A stretch of DNA of 64,000 nucleotides from Octopus vulgaris. Its lineage: Eukaryota. The notes under the pieces are model-generated. The model was not told the DNA's origin. It worked only from the letters and a program-made list of their open reading frames with translations, and did not search any database. Where the stretch lies: positions 4,464,001 through 4,528,000 of the forward strand of contig OX597819.1 in assembly GCA_951406725.2 (NCBI GenBank). Reading direction: 5' to 3'. Positions 1 through 15,882 of the stretch are shown here, in pieces. The position numbers were made by a program, and so were the translations under genes. Numbering within the stretch: the first letter of the stretch is position 1; every line of letters starts with the position of its first letter.

Positions 1-975
1 TGTCAGCCAAACTGAGTATTTTAGGATCTGTTTCTGTGTATTTATTTTTAATTTCCTAATTTCTAGCTTCGTCTACGAGCGTCTTGTGTTGTGTTTAAGC
101 TTATCGTATTATAGGACCAAATTAGTCACAGAATTACTAAAACTATGTTTATAACTTTACTTAATATCACTCGATAAAATATTTAAAATTCTGCTCAGCC
201 TGTTGCTGATGCTGGTGCTGGTGGTAGTCTCAAAAATGTCTTGTATACAAAATGCTGGTTATTTTGATAAAAACTATTTGTAAACTCATAACTGAAATTC
301 TGAAATAATGTGCAAACGAACAAACATAATGTTTTGGGATAAATATTTATATGTTTGTCTCTGTTACGAGGTGTGTTCATACGTACGCATATTCTCTCAC
401 AAATTCTTAATCTGATCTCTGTATTTATAGTCTAATTGCAAAAGTTATGCAAAAGGAAACCTATTTGAACTATTGCGTTTGATAACTGGGCTCATTAGTC
501 TCACAACAGTTGTCTGATTTTAATTTACATTCATCAAAAGCTTGCTGAGTTCCACAAATTTTACCCTCCCGTTTGGGCTGACATAACAGACTATGACAGT
601 CTAATGAGATGAGGAATTCGGTTTAGCTGGTGAAATACATTGTCCTTCGTTAGTGAATGTACTTGATCACCTCGCACACAGTACTTACTAACCAGTGCTT
701 TAATCTATCATCTTTATTCTAATCTACAGAACTTTGTCCTCTTCCACATTCCCCTATTTTCAGTTCATTTGAAGATTTATAAACAATTTCGAAAACGTGA
801 TTAATATATTAGTCCTAAATGCTGTCTTTATCTACAAGAGTAGAAAATATTCTGTTGCAGATTGTACTTCATTTAGCCAATCTTCTCAACTGCCTTCATA
901 CCAATATCTGATTCGATATATTCATTGTCATTCATATAAAATGGAATACTCAAAACACCCTTTCTCTCTCTTAAC

Positions 976-1101
976 CAGTCTTCGTAGGCTCGAAACGTGA
1001 AAGACTTTTTCTATTTCTATTCCTGAGCGCTATACTAATACATTTGTTTGTTTGTACTCCACCTGCCTTCGTCTTTTGTTTATTTTCGTAAACTTTCCCA
1101 T
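976..1101 (+). mobile_element. 5'-truncated copy of short hammerhead-bearing Penelope-like element (family P1)
   Basis: Near-identical to 5558-5680 (CGTAGGCTCGAAACGT..AAGAC..CCTGAGCGC..GTACTCCACCT..CTTCGTCTTTTGTTTATTTTC). Begins inside stem II of the hammerhead and ends at (TA)n. Confidence 0.75.

Positions 1102-1155
<54 letters not shown>
1102..1155. repeat. (TA)n microsatellite
   Basis: Direct reading. Confidence 0.95.
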
Positions 1156-1470
1156 TTGGAATGACCCATTTTAAATTCTGTTGGATTTTACTCATAAGGT
1201 ATTGGAATCTTACATATATACCATTCTACCTAAAAAATGGATCTACAAATTCAGTATGAAAAGAGATATATATACATATCTCACATCTATTTTCTTTCCT
1301 CCACCTCCTATCTAAATTAACTATTTCTTAACCATCCTCTCACACCGTCTCCGATGAAGGGGTATAATTAATAAATATCTTAGAAACAACTGTAAGACCT
1401 TCTATCTATAAATGTTCTAATATCTCCACAGCCTTGGTTTTTTATCTCATTACACAAAAAATTCTTATAT
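1156..1470 (+). mobile_element. Short non-coding Penelope-like element carrying a hammerhead motif
   Basis: Contains the motif at 1347-1398 and is bounded by TA-rich tracts on both sides. Confidence 0.55.
1347..1398 (+). ncRNA. Minimal type-I hammerhead ribozyme motif
   Basis: GTCT-CCGATGA-[AGGGGTAT..ATATCTT]A-GAAA-CAACTG-TA-AGAC: stem I GTCT/AGAC, near-palindromic stem III, predicted GUA cleavage site. Confidence 0.7.
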
Positions 1471-1746
1471 ATAATATGCATACATATAAGAAGAAAAAAA
1501 ATGGGATTAAAACTCCAGGCTAATATCAAGTAATCACTCAGTATAAAGGAATAGGGTTAACGTTCCAGCAAGTAGATACCAGTAAATGTATGTAAAATAC
1601 AAATCCCAGGTAAATCTTCATGTGTGGCAAGTAAATCCAACAATCCTATTGCAGAATTTTAGTTTTCTGTTAAGCATAACGTAGAATACTTGTCTGCAGT
1701 TTTTGTTCTTTAGATATCCAGTGACGTCAACAATTTTAGCAGATAT

Positions 1747-2020
1747 TTGAAGCACTCCGTCGGTTACGACGACGAGCGTTCCGGTTGATCCGAATCAAAG
1801 GAACAGCCTGCTCGTGAAATTAACGTGTAAGTGGCTGAGCACTCCACAGACACGTGCGAAAGAGTACAGCAGGGATCAGCACCATCCCCTGCCGGAGCCT
1901 CGTGGAGCTTTAGGTGTTTTCGCTCAATAAATACTCAATAAATACTCGGTCTGGGAATCGAAACCGCGATCCTATGACCGCGGGTCCGCTGCCCTAACCA
2001 CTGGGCCATTGCGCCTCTAC
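1747..2020 (-). mobile_element. tRNA-derived SINE family A (OR-like), internally deleted
   Basis: Matches 32991-33373 in reverse. A/B-box-like head (TGGCCCAGTGG, GTTTCGATTCC). Flanked by 10-bp direct repeat TAGCAGATAT (1737-1746, 2021-2030). Confidence 0.85.
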
Positions 2021-2307
2021 TAGCAGATATATACTTGTTTTCTACGTTAGGTTTTTTTTATGTAAATTTCAAATTATCGAACTAGTGTGGTCATTTTTTA
2101 TATTCTATTTGTATAAACAAAATTAGTTATACAATGACGTCGCTCTTGGTTGAACGAATGAAAGTCTAACATCAAATTTCGTTCGGCGTTTCTTTTTGTT
2201 AGTGTTTTTTAACAACTAAAAGTTTTTTAGATGTTCAGTTAGTATTTCACCATTTGAATTACCTTAATAATGTGTTGACATAAATTTTCGTACATATTAT
2301 TAATTTC

Positions 2308-2343
<36 letters not shown>

Positions 2344-2434
2344 TTTAAATAATGAGGGAGATAAATTGAATATTAATTTAATTAATATCTATTTAAAACC
2401 AGTAGCCTAGCATACACAAATATTAGCCCTTTAA

Positions 2435-2490
<56 letters not shown>

Positions 2491-2924
2491 TGATTGATTG
2501 ATTCTAGTTTCAGCTCATGAGCTGCGGCCATGCTGGGGCACCGCCATTATATATATATATATTGAATTAGAGATAATACCACTATTATGCAACTCAAAAA
2601 GTGATAGACATGAACCAATACATAAATAACAAATATATATATATTTTATATTTTATTTTTAATTTTATTTTTAAAATATATAACTGATAACTAGATCTTG
2701 AAAGGTATAAAATGAACGATAAATGTATGTATGTATGTATGTACATGTTAATTCGATTGAAACAATTGTTGGATTTTTAAGGTGTGATCTAAAATAAAGA
2801 TACGCGACTTTCTTCGTACATAAAATTGATTGTTACCTTTTCCGTAATTTAAAAACTGTTATATTCGGCTGCAGTCAAATTTTCTTTACAATCATCTGCT
2901 GTGATTCATATAACTACTATTACG

Positions 2925-3060
2925 ACTAATTTTTCTAAAGTCAACTTTAGGTTTCGTCTCCTCCTGGGGTCGATGAAACAAGTACCAGTCAAGCGCTGAT
3001 GTTGATTGTATCATCTCAATTTTCCTCTGAAATGGTAACCTTCGCCCAATGTAAGAGAAC
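2925..3060 (+). mobile_element. Degenerate SINE family C fragment
   Basis: GGGGTCGATGAAACAAGTACCAGT resembles the family C core. Confidence 0.5.
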
Positions 3061-3084
3061 AATTTATATTTACACCAATCCATA

Positions 3085-3260
3085 ATTATGTGTATAAGTA
3101 TGCATACTTGTATGTATGCATGTAAGCATGTAATTCATGTATGTATGCATGTATGTGTGTGTGTATGTGTGTATGTGTGTATGCATGTATGTATCTATGT
3201 ATGTATGTATGTATGTATGCATGTATGTATGTATGTATGTATGTATGTATGTATGTATGT
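3085..3260. repeat. Imperfect (TATG)n microsatellite
   Basis: Direct reading. Confidence 0.9.
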
Positions 3261-4687
3261 TAGGACCACTTTCATCAAACAAAAGCAGAAAAGGAAACCT
3301 TTGCAAATAAAGCTGTCACTAAATTCACTGTTCTTGAAAGCGAAAATATTAAAGTCGTTCTATTATGCAGCCATGGAACAATGCACATCGAAAGGCAATC
3401 TCACACTTCGTTGTCAGCTCCAAAGGTAATTCCTGTTGTTTACATTTTTAGTCTTATGAAGATTTCTTTTTATGGCATCTTCTAATGATTTCGAAATACA
3501 ATGCAGCAGGAAAACGTTTGCAATCTCGCTGCAAGGTGTTCAAGTATCGCATTGTAAATATAAATGCTGTTGCATCGTGAGACGCATATTTCAATAATCT
3601 AAACTCTAAATCTGTGTATGTGTGCATGTGTATGTATATATATGTGTGTATGTATGTGTGTGTGCGTGCGTGTGTGTTATAGCATAGCTTAGTATTCTTT
3701 TCTATATATTGTAGGTTAAGCGTAAGTATGGTTTTATTTCAAATGTATCTAAAATCTATAAAAGTAAATACTGTTAAATATAATTATATTCAACCTTTAG
3801 TTGCAACTTTAATTTCACAAATGCCTGCTCTGTCCGACGGCCTATAATGAAAAAACATGCCTTACTTCATGAAGGCTTCGAGATCTCACAATGTTATGGG
3901 TTAATATGATAGTATACGATAATATTCTTATCATAAGGGAACATTAGAATATTGGTTCAAGGCTCGAGTGCATCTCCAAGGTGTTATACATTTATAACAG
4001 AGGCGATTTCTTAATATTAGCATAAACCTGTGTGTCTGTCAAGATATTTAAAGATGGTAGCAAATCCGATATTTGAGATAATACGGAAAACTGATATAGA
4101 TGCGATAACAAGACAGTCTAAAGGCATTATTGAAGACGTGTGATAATAATAAAACTGCGAAATGTGTTGTCTTTATTATGACTTTGATAACGGTATCCTT
4201 GTAGATATAAATTTCTACACGGTTTGCATTCTACTCAGTATGTATACTGTATTAGGAAAACCATACTTAAATATATGTGTGTATATGTATGTAAATATAT
4301 AAACATGCATACGAAACACGTAAACACATATACACATATACTCATATATCAATATAGATATAATGAGTATATAGGGATAAATTATTCAGGCAGGTACCGT
4401 ACGAGCACTCAAGTACAGACAGGGTTCAGACTAACTGCATCAAACGGAAGGAAGCACCTAGGATTGCTTAGGGTAAGCAATCCCATTGTAATTCATCTGG
4501 TGAGTAAATCCTGGGTTCACGTCACTGGATTATGAATATTTACGGGAGTGGAAATCAAAGACAATTATAAAGAATACAAAGACTGTTTTTTTTTTTTCTT
4601 TTAATAATTTATATATAATTAACTGTGAAAATAAAAATTAAAAGAAAATAAGCATGAAGATGTACCAGTGTACATAATATATGTATG

Positions 4688-4747
<60 letters not shown>

Positions 4748-4773
4748 TGTGTGTGTGTGTTTGTGTGTGTGTG

Positions 4774-5075
4774 TGGAGGCGCAATAACCCAGTGGTTAGG
4801 GCAGCGGACTCGCGGTTGGAGGATCACATTTTCGATTCCCAGACCGGCCGTTGTATGTGTTTATTGAGAGAAAACACCTAAAGCTCCACGGTTGGTGGCG
4901 AACCCCTGTTGTACTTTTTCGCCCCAACTTTCACTCTTTCTTCCTGTTTCTTGAGTAACACTGCGATGGACTGGCATCCCGTCCAACTGGGTGGGGGGGA
5001 CACATACGCCACAGAAGCCGGGAAACCGTGCCCATGAGCCTGGCTAGGCTTGAAAAGTGCGAGAAAAAAAGAGAA
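4774..5075 (+). mobile_element. SINE with family A head and an alternative tail
   Basis: Head matches 32991 onward. Tail CTGCGATGGACTGGCATCCCGTCCA..GGGAAACCG..CCATGAGCCTGGCTAGGC differs from the other copies. Confidence 0.8.
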
Positions 5076-5486
5076 AAATATATATGTATATGCGTGTGTC
5101 TGTGTTTGTAATGGTCTTGAGAGCGTAGAAACTCAGAGTATTTCCATTGCAGTACTCAATCTATACTCTGGAATTAGAGTTTCGAGGAAGATCGAAATTT
5201 CGCTGGTGAAGAACATTCAAGTACTACAGGTGCAAATCTAATGTGTGGGTCAAGTGAAGAGAAAAATATAATCCAATTAAGAGACAGAGAAAGATATAAT
5301 TGTTTCGGTAGCACCCTGTTTCTTACGACATTACACAAAAGTTCCGTGCGATAAGTTGCCTAATATTTGTGGTTTTATATATACATGAGCATGAAACTTC
5401 ATCAGGCTTGAATAAATAGCTCAGAAACAATGGCAACCAGATATTAAAATCATTCGTTGTTTATTTATTTGGATCTTTCTCTCTCT

Positions 5487-5680
5487 GTTGAATCGCTAGC
5501 TTCTGCACGCATTGTTTCTCTCCGTGTTTCTTTTCTGTGTATCTTTCTGTTGAAGAGCGTAGGCTCGAAACGTAAAAGACTTGTTTTATTTATATTCCTG
5601 AGCGCCATACTAATACAATTGTTTGTTTGTACTCCACCTACCTTCGTCTTTTGTTTATTTTCATAAAGCTTCCCGTTATA
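5487..5680 (+). mobile_element. Family P1 short Penelope-like element
   Basis: Near-identical reverse complement of 15878-16085. Ends in TATA(CATA)n. Confidence 0.8.
5542..5579 (+). ncRNA. Minimal hammerhead motif, CUGUUGA core variant
   Basis: TCTTT-CTGTTGA-A-GAGC(GTAG)GCTC-GAAA-CG-TA-AAAGA. Confidence 0.65.
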
Positions 5681-5909
5681 TACATACATACATACATACA
5701 TACATACATACATACATACATACATAACAAGAAATGGCTCTGACGAAAGTAGCATTAATCTTTTTAGATCGTTCAATTTTTCTCAAATGATAAATAGACC
5801 AATTGAGTAAACCTACCAGTACCGTACCTTTAATGGCTACTGGAAACAACTGTGAATCAATTTTACTCTAATAAAGGAAAATATGTAATGACCTTTATTC
5901 ATATCTTGT

Positions 5910-5976
<67 letters not shown>

Positions 5977-6019
5977 ATATTCGGTCTAAATTTGACAATC
6001 GTTTACGTCTTTTTTTTTT

Positions 6020-6771
6020 CAGGAACAAGTTGATGTATTGGTGAACAGTCGATGGCGTTGAACAGTCTAAAGATTGAAGTTGTTGAGAAAAAATTAACTG
6101 ATGTGAAGGACAGATGCCATCTGAATATTGGAAAAGAGTTGCCGGTATCATGATGATTTACGCCGGATATCAAAATACTGTCATCATGAATGCTGCTCAA
6201 TAACCTGTGAATATTGTAAAGCGTGTATGACGTGAAATGGAAAGCTGCAACGAAGACTACGAAGCCGTGACCTGCAGATCTTTAGGTGTGTCGCCAGTGA
6301 GGGTAAGATGCCGCTCCATATCTTTGAAGAAAGCCTTAGGCTCAATTCAGACGGCTATGAGAGGCTGCTGGAGAGGGTTTCTGCTGGAAGGCCATATGTG
6401 TGTCAGCAGGATTCGGCTCTTTGCCATACCTCCGAAAAGAGTCAGAAGTGTTGTCGGAGAATTTCTACGACTTCAACAGCCCCAATTTGTAGCCTCCTAA
6501 CTCTCCCGATTTGAGAAAAGGCCGAGCTGGTGTTCAAAGAGGTGTTCGCAGATCTTTCCAGGGGCACAGTGAGCAACACATGCACCAGGTTCCGCAACTG
6601 TTTTGGGGCTGTAACGGAAGCTGAGGACGGCTACTTGGAGTAAACTGTTATCTCTCAATCATAATCTCGTAGATATTTTTTGATTTAAAAAAAAATACTT
6701 TTGTTTTTGGATGGGATATTGTTTTTTTTTTCCCCTTTACATAAACTGACAAAATCTAACTCGAACACCCT
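6020..6771 (+). mobile_element. Decayed Tc1/mariner-superfamily (maT/DD37D-like) transposon
   Basis: Frameshifted peptide MPLHIFEESLRLNSDGY..RPYVCQQDSALCHTSEKSQK..SENFYDF..P.NSPD. TIR-like end TCGAACACCCT. Confidence 0.75.
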
Positions 6772-7038
6772 TTCTATACTGCAAAGCTCTTTACTCAACA
6801 TTTAAAATTTTCTTTTGCGTCTGAGCAAGTTCCGGAAAGGAAAAAAACTATGAAAAGAAATAGATCTAGAATATATAAATATATACTTATGCTTTACGTA
6901 CTCATATTGCTTACAACTGTCAAACTTGAAGTCAATAAATCTAAATATAATGGCGCATAAATTTGGGGTTAAAAAACTTTGGATAGAAAAGTGGACGTCA
7001 ACAATACATACATGCGCGTACGCACACACACACACATA

Positions 7039-7086
<48 letters not shown>

Positions 7087-7150
7087 GTAAATAAATGGTA
7101 CAACGAGGCACGGATATTTACTGGAAAATAGCAATCGTAAAAAATATATA

Positions 7151-8300
7151 TAGGGTGTTCGGAAAGTAATTGCATCTTACCAGGAAGGATATAAAAACGA
7201 ATGTAAACTACGTTTATCTGAATAGAATGTAATCACCATCGTTTTCAACGACTGCAGCCCAACGGGAAAGTCACTTTTTTTTATGCCACATTCAAAGAAA
7301 CTTATTTCTTTTCCTGTAAAAATATCTAGAAGACTGTTTTCAACTTCTCTGTTTCTGAATGTTTTACTTCTCATAAAGTGTTCTAGTGTTCCGAACAGAT
7401 GGAAATCCGTATGTGCTAAGTCAGGTGAGTATGGAGAATGTGGAAGAACTCCCGATTCTAACGACCTTGTTTTGAAGAGTGTTGATGTGCATTGTCATGC
7501 TGGAGAATAACGCCTTTTCTGTTTCCCAAAGCTAACCACTTTCGACGTAATTTTTCATTTACATGATCAAGTTGATGACAATAGACATCTGCATCGAAGG
7601 TCTTTCCATGTTCCAGGAGTTCGTTACGGCCGATACTTGTCATGTTCCACCGAGCACAGAGCAAGAATTTTTGTGGATGGAGGTTTGGTTTTGGTCTTAG
7701 CACTGCTCTCTCATTACATGATAACCATTGTCTTTTTCGTTTTCTGTTGTAATGCAAAACCTATTTTTCATCACCTGTAACAATGCACTGCAGAAATGAA
7801 AGGCTGTTATTACTGGTTAGAAGACTACTGCAGATGGTGAAACGTTGTCTTTTTTTCTCAAGCGTAAGCTCATGCGGAACCCAAATTCCCCCTTTGCATG
7901 TTTTCCCAATTTGCTTGAGATGTTCATGGATAAATGAACATGAAACATTAAATTTTTGTGCCAAATATCTGGTCCTTTGACATGGATCTGATACAATGGT
8001 CTCATTTAAAATGTAGTCATTCAGAGTGGATGGTCTTCAAGAGCGACGCTTGTCGGATATGTCATAATCACCATCTCTAAACATTTTAAACCACAACTGA
8101 AATGTACGAGCTTTCACTGCATCTGGATACACTTCACAAATGTTTTTCATTGCTTCTGTAGCAGTACTTATCTTTCGAAACTACCGGATAGAAGAGATGA
8201 TATACTATTCCTAGACAATTCCCGGCCATTCGACCTTGGCTCTGACGTGATTGATTCATATTTCATATTGGTGAAAAACGCAAATAATTTCCGACACCCT
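7151..8300 (-). mobile_element. Mariner (DD34D) transposon with pseudogenised transposase
   Basis: Motifs WVPHEL, IVTGDEK, ILQHDNA, PYSPDLAHTDFHLF. Imperfect TIRs AGGGTGTTCGGAAAGTAATTGC / GCAAATAATTTCCGACACCCT in TA context. Confidence 0.93.
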
Positions 8301-8301
8301 C

Positions 8302-8350
<49 letters not shown>

Positions 8351-8795
8351 GGGTGTTGAAAACAATTCATTTCACAGCGTATATGTAAATCTAGAGACAA
8401 AATCAAAATTCGGAGAATTTATATTACAGAAAATCTCTGTTTTGTTTGCCACTGAAACTCAGTATCGAGCAAAAGGGACGAAATAAGTTTGAATTGTCGA
8501 CAGGTGCCTACATTCTAATACTTTCATGTCAAAAATATATAGTACATGACAGCTGATTTTAACCATTTAAATTATTAACTGTCTATATTTTATCTAACTA
8601 CTAACATGAAGGTGACCGAACTATCGAATAAAACGAAACGTATTTCAGATATGATTTTTCACACATATATCGACATAGCTCGTCAAAACATTTGTCTTTC
8701 GTACAACAAAAAATAATCAAAGATAATACACACAAGCGCACATGCATACATATACACATATATATATCATAAATGTAGAGAGAAAGAGAACTAGG

Positions 8796-8880
<85 letters not shown>
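8796..8880. repeat. (AGAT)n microsatellite
   Basis: Direct reading. Confidence 0.95.
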
Positions 8881-9902
8881 CCACTCTTTATACATATATA
8901 TGTATTTACGTGCATACATATATCATTCATCAATATATACCTATGCATGTATGAATGCTTGTACATATTTAATAGTATATACTTATGAATATAGAAGTGT
9001 TTGCCGTTATTTTGCACAAATAAGCATATATTAAGAAAAACATGAATAAATACTGCAATTTATGCATTTATGCACGTGCCTTCTGGATATGTTGCCTCTA
9101 ATAATTTGATCATTAGTCATTGCAACTTAATTGTTGCCAAGCAACATCTCCACTCTATTGTTTGGCCTGCTACATTAGCCTTCGCACTGAATTTCGCTGT
9201 AAGATATAGCAAGTTTGTTGTAATATTCGCGTTTTCACATTTATTATCACATTTTCACGAGAAAATTTCGCTTTCGAAGTGTACAAAATATCGTGGATTA
9301 TTAGAGTTGTTCTGCGATCAAGTATTGTGCAATGAAATTATATAGGCTGCCATCATATGCAAAGATTACTGGCCTCTGTGGTGTATTGTAATCAGGAGAT
9401 GAAAGATTGAGTTTCAGAGTATCTTTCATTGGAATAGAGAATAGTTTGTATTTGATTTTTCGGAGAGGAACTCAAAGAAAAGTAACTGACATATCAACCA
9501 ATTACAGCATTAACCAAGAACCTTTTCGTTTATCTCAGTATCTAGCACGGATGTAGAGTTGATAAAATTCCTGCGAAACAAGACTGCAAGTAATGACAGA
9601 CATAATCCATCGCCCAGCAGAAGCAACAAGATTACTTTTGATGCCTTTCGATTAAGTCTCTGGTCTGAAGACACCTTCCTCCCATCATTTTTCATATCTT
9701 TGAGGTCTTCTAAGAGATCATAACGCTATCTTTTCTCCTTATTGACAGTTCCATGAAAAAATTCTGGTTTCAATTTCCGGTTGAAGCTAAATATTTTCAT
9801 TTATGCGTATGATGCTCTTGGTTTGCTAATGATCATCATTTATTTCTCATGCTACGCCTACTCAAAAGTAACCGACTTCATCTACTCTCTTTTAATCACT
9901 TA

Positions 9903-9903
<1 letters not shown>

Positions 9904-9963
<60 letters not shown>

Positions 9964-10071
9964 TCACACACACACACACACGCACACGCACACACACACA
10001 GTTATACAGCAGGAAAAGAGGACTCAATGCTGAAATTTTTACATTTAGAATTACTTGGCATTAATCTTCTA

Positions 10072-10109
<38 letters not shown>

Positions 10110-10131
10110 CATTATTATTATTATTATTATT
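9904..10131. repeat. (CT)n(CA)n and (ATT)n microsatellites
   Basis: Direct reading. Confidence 0.9.
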
Positions 10132-11231
10132 CGCTTTAGTTTATTCAGTTTCTCTATTAGTATTTTTTTCTCTATTACTTTTTTTTTAGCTTCCTCAACA
10201 ATATAAAGGGGTGCGTTGAATGGCTTGCACACGCAGGGAGATATGAAGAGACAAGAACAAGGTATAGAAATGCTGATTGAGAGAAAGAAAGAAAGAAAGA
10301 AAGATGGAAATGAAAGATAAGAGGAAAGTGGTGAGACGGTGACAAAGAGAGGACAGATGTATGTGAAATATAAAGGAAGGCTTTTGAGATGTTGAGAGAA
10401 AGACAGGCAGAGAGAGAGATTTGTGAGATATTCATATAGAAGAGGACAGGCAGAGGGAAAGACATAGACAGGCCTGTGAGATGTTGATATAAGGAGAGAA
10501 AGAGAGGAAGGATGAGAGATAGAGTGGGAGGCTTGTGGAATATTCACATAAGTGAGCGTGAGAGAAAAAAAGCAGGCTGGTGATGGGAAAAAACGAAATG
10601 ATAGTAGAGAAACTTACTACTTGATAGTTTCCAATTCATTTTTCTTAAATTTATATTAGTGTCTACCATGGTGATACATTAAATAACATGACGAAAAAAT
10701 CAGCTTTTGTCTGTGAAAACAAGGAACGTATTGTAAAAAAAATATCTTGAACTAAGATTCGTGATTTGGAATGGCAATCTTATTTAACGTCGCTGTAAGA
10801 ACGTTCTAGTATGGTGAGTACAAAAAGAACTTTAGAGCACTCACTATACAAAGCCACTTAGTACAATTCACAGAGTGCAATAACAATGAATGGTTTGCAA
10901 TGTCATTGCCGTGTTTACCAACATGAAATAACCTCTCATTATAAGTGGGTTTTAAAGTGCCTGACGACAGATCAGTTGGAGAGAAACAGAAATCCGCATA
11001 AACATCTCTTTCATCAAGAAACCACAGAACAAATTGATATTTACTTCATATATCAGCATAAAATAATGTTTATCGTTTAAGAGAAAATTTCTTATGATAA
11101 TCAGTTCTGCAACTAATAAACTTACGTTATAGAGTTTCATACCAGCACTCATGTTATATAATATCAAACAGCGTCTGTTAAATTTGTTTCGTGTTTATGA
11201 CATATATATGTCTATATATAGATATACATAC

Positions 11232-12480
<1,249 letters not shown>

Positions 12481-12489
12481 ATGTGTCGT

Positions 12490-12975
12490 CACAAACTTGG
12501 CAGACACGTGATAATGGACTGAACTGAACCGTAACTAATCTGCACATCCACTGATAACTCACGGATGGTGATTCAACGATTTCCCCTCACAGTAGCACGC
12601 ATATCCGCGATGTCTTTCTCAGTTCTACTGGTTGAGGGTTTCACAGAACCCTCGTCAATATCATTCGGTCATCTTGGAAACGTTTAAACCACTCGTACAT
12701 TTGTGTGTGGCTCATACACTTTCTGCAACATTGCGTAGGCTTTTAAGCAGGTGTCCCCATGACAAATTTCTCTATGATGGTCAATGCGACGGTCACACGC
12801 TACACACCTTCCTTCCAAGCACTGCTGTAAACAGCGGAAGTGAGCTAAAATGTTAAAACTTAATGCGCATGCACAGCAGAGTTCAATGTCAATCAGTGCC
12901 ATGCGGCTTTACTCTGCCTGCTTTAGCTTCGTTACTATAGCAACAATCCGGATACTTATTGTTCAGTCCCCGTAC
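12490..12975 (-). mobile_element. 5' part of a mariner element
   Basis: Minus-strand peptides GDTCLKAYAMLQKVY, MYEWFKRFQ, ITIRELSVDVQISYGSVQSII, VSAKFV. Terminal TACGGGGACTGAACAATAAGTATCCGG resembles a mariner TIR. Confidence 0.8.
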
Positions 12976-13599
12976 ATGCATGCACGCACACATACATACA
13001 AAGAAGAAATAAACTCATAAACTTGGTGAGACGACTGTAGCAAGTAAAATTGACCCTGCACATGTCTGGGGGTTATTTCATTGATAATAAGTAAAATAAA
13101 TTCGACTATACACTGGACAATAACAGTGAGAGGATTTCAAATACTGTAAAGTATCCATTTTTTGCTATTTCTACATAACCTACACCTGCATTAAACTAAA
13201 ATGCAGTCTGAGTATCAGTTTTGAGTGATACTCTCACCACTACCACCCAAAATATAATCGCCATCTCAGAATTTTTGTCAAAAAGTTCAACTGTCTAATT
13301 ATTTTAAGTTACTGTTGGGAAATATATTTGATATACAACGCTTCTACCCGGAAAGGAAACGGATGTTTACAGTCTTTTTTCGCTTATTTACAGATGAGAC
13401 TTCAGTTCCCAAACTATTTGGCATGGATGGAAGCGAAGCGTGAAAAATTATACTAAAAAGCGAACTATTAATTTATCTACTTTTCTTCACTGTAAGGAGT
13501 TTTAATCATATTTAATTAGACCAAATTAATGTTTCAATGAGAGAATGATTTATACAAATGTCAGTTTAATTCTACTTGTAAAACTTAGTTTTAAGATTA

Positions 13600-14560
13600 A
13601 ATAACATAATACATTAACCTTTTGATCGTTCTGTAAACCATACATGCTATTTTTAACAATACTACTATTTTCTAAGGAAAGACATAAACAATACTCCTTC
13701 ACCTTTCTTTCTCCCATTGAAGTACTATACTTTGCTCTGCGTGGGGAGGCCAGTGCTCATGAAGTGTTTAGGCTCTCTCGGATTGATGTGTTTAATGTTA
13801 AGCTTGTGTAGAAAATGTGATCTCAGACGAGGGTGCAGAGCAGGTTATAAAAAGTATAAAACTGAGTATTTAGAGTGATGTCTGAGGTGAGACACTTCAA
13901 GAACGATTAAAGAAAAAGAAGCTACAGCATGTTGTGCAGGTGTGCATGAACCGTTGTAGGATACAGTGCGCCAGTTTGTTAAAAACAATGATATCTTACA
14001 AAATGAGTTTACCAATCTTACCAATGAACTTCGGTTTGACGGTCTCTGGAGTATTTACTAATGTACTAGCTGCACCAAAGTTGACAGAACTAGCACCCAA
14101 ATACATGTAATTTTGTCTAGAAGTTCAGATGCAGTCGAGATCTTGATCAAGCTTCACAATATGATATGTCTTTTTGCAGAAGTTCTCATAGGCTAGTTGT
14201 GTAATATAGGAGAACAAATGTGCGAATGATTTAGTTTTACTACAGCCAAGTACTGGAGTCCAGTTAATGAAACCTTCGAACACCCACTAAGCCTTTTCAG
14301 ACAAGAGAAAATTCATTTAATTTCAAGAATATTCTACAAGAAATCAGCCGAATTCCGACAAGGATGAAGATGAGGGGAACTTGAAATCAATATGGATTGT
14401 ATTTTCTTGATTAACCAGTAATTAGACGATCCATCCTACACGGTGAGATGGCAGAGAACTCAGGTTTAAAGCTAAGAAAGGAATTAAAGATGTTTGGAGT
14501 GTCGGTGAGCCTCCAAGGGATATGGACTAAAGTGGTTTTGTTTTTACTTTTAACGATCAT
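13600..14560 (-). mobile_element. Possible highly decayed CR1/L2-like LINE remnant
   Basis: Composition and weak resemblance only; no clean motif read. Confidence 0.25.
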
Positions 14561-15846
14561 CAAACGTTCATCTCTGGAAACTTTAGAATCTTATCTCTGC
14601 AAAAGATAAGGATATAAATTATATATAATGTTCATTAAACATTTTATATAGAATTGTCTGCATTTCATAAGGGGCATGTCAGTATAAGTGTTAATATTAA
14701 TATATTATAGATTCAACTGTAATTTGAACCGCTATCGCGATCTTAAGACGGCCAAGAGTTTTCATTTTCACCTACAGTGCTTTCTTAAGTATTGTTGCAG
14801 AATTGACAAAAATTACCTCTTGTCGATTAAAGAGATGCTAGTATATATTGTTGGTACATTCTTAATGACATCAAAAGATAAGGCGAACTTGACCCTGACT
14901 GTGTATAAATTGAGAACATGAGAAAGGAAACTGTTTTATTACTTCAGACGCTTCCTCTGATATAATATTAACGTTTATTAACAAGATAGAAATGCTCTCT
15001 ACTTTTTAGGAAAGAGAGTTTAGTGTAACATTTATGCTCTTCCCAAACTTGCTGCGAATATAGAATCAGTAAAATGTTATACTGGTAGAGTGTCGATTAT
15101 CTCTGCTTCAAATGTTCTCATTACATATTTTTTGCTAAGTTTTCAGATTAGTAGGGAACACTATAGTCGAATGAAACGATAGTGTATTTAGGCGCTACAG
15201 ATTTTATTGACATCATAGTGGGGATGACAGGCGAAGTTGAGCCAGTAGGTAAGAATGGATGGGAAACCACGTGATCCAATGTTCTGTTTTGTGAACTCAC
15301 AGTCAAAGCCATGTGATGAATGATGGAATATGCAGTAGTAATATAAGCTTCTTGCATCTGCTTAGTCATGTAAACATTGTCTTTGGTTCGTATCCAAAAC
15401 TGGGAGTGTTTGAAGAGTTCAAAGTAGATTCAGATGAATGGGTTTTAAAATTATACGTTTTAGCATATTGAAGAATAATGAATTATCAAAGGATTAGAAA
15501 CCAACAATGACACAAAAAAGAGACGCAACAATTGTTATAGATATAATAATCCATAAAAACAGTCCGCCCAATGCATAGTTGCTATACGCAGCGTTAAGTT
15601 GGCGGTTGAATATTGTACTAATCCTGTGTAATAGTTAACGCTTAAACGTTAAAAGCTAGAGAGAAAACATAGCTCTTTTGAAACAATAACATTTTTTCTG
15701 TTAAATGTACACAAACCAAAACTTATAATGTATCCACGTACACTCACAAACACACACAATGTTTGCATTTAATATCATTGAGAGTATGATTCTGATGTTT
15801 TCAGTCTCTTTGATTATCTTCCAAATCATTAGGTTTGTAAAGTATG

Positions 15847-15877
<31 letters not shown>

Positions 15878-15882
<5 letters not shown>
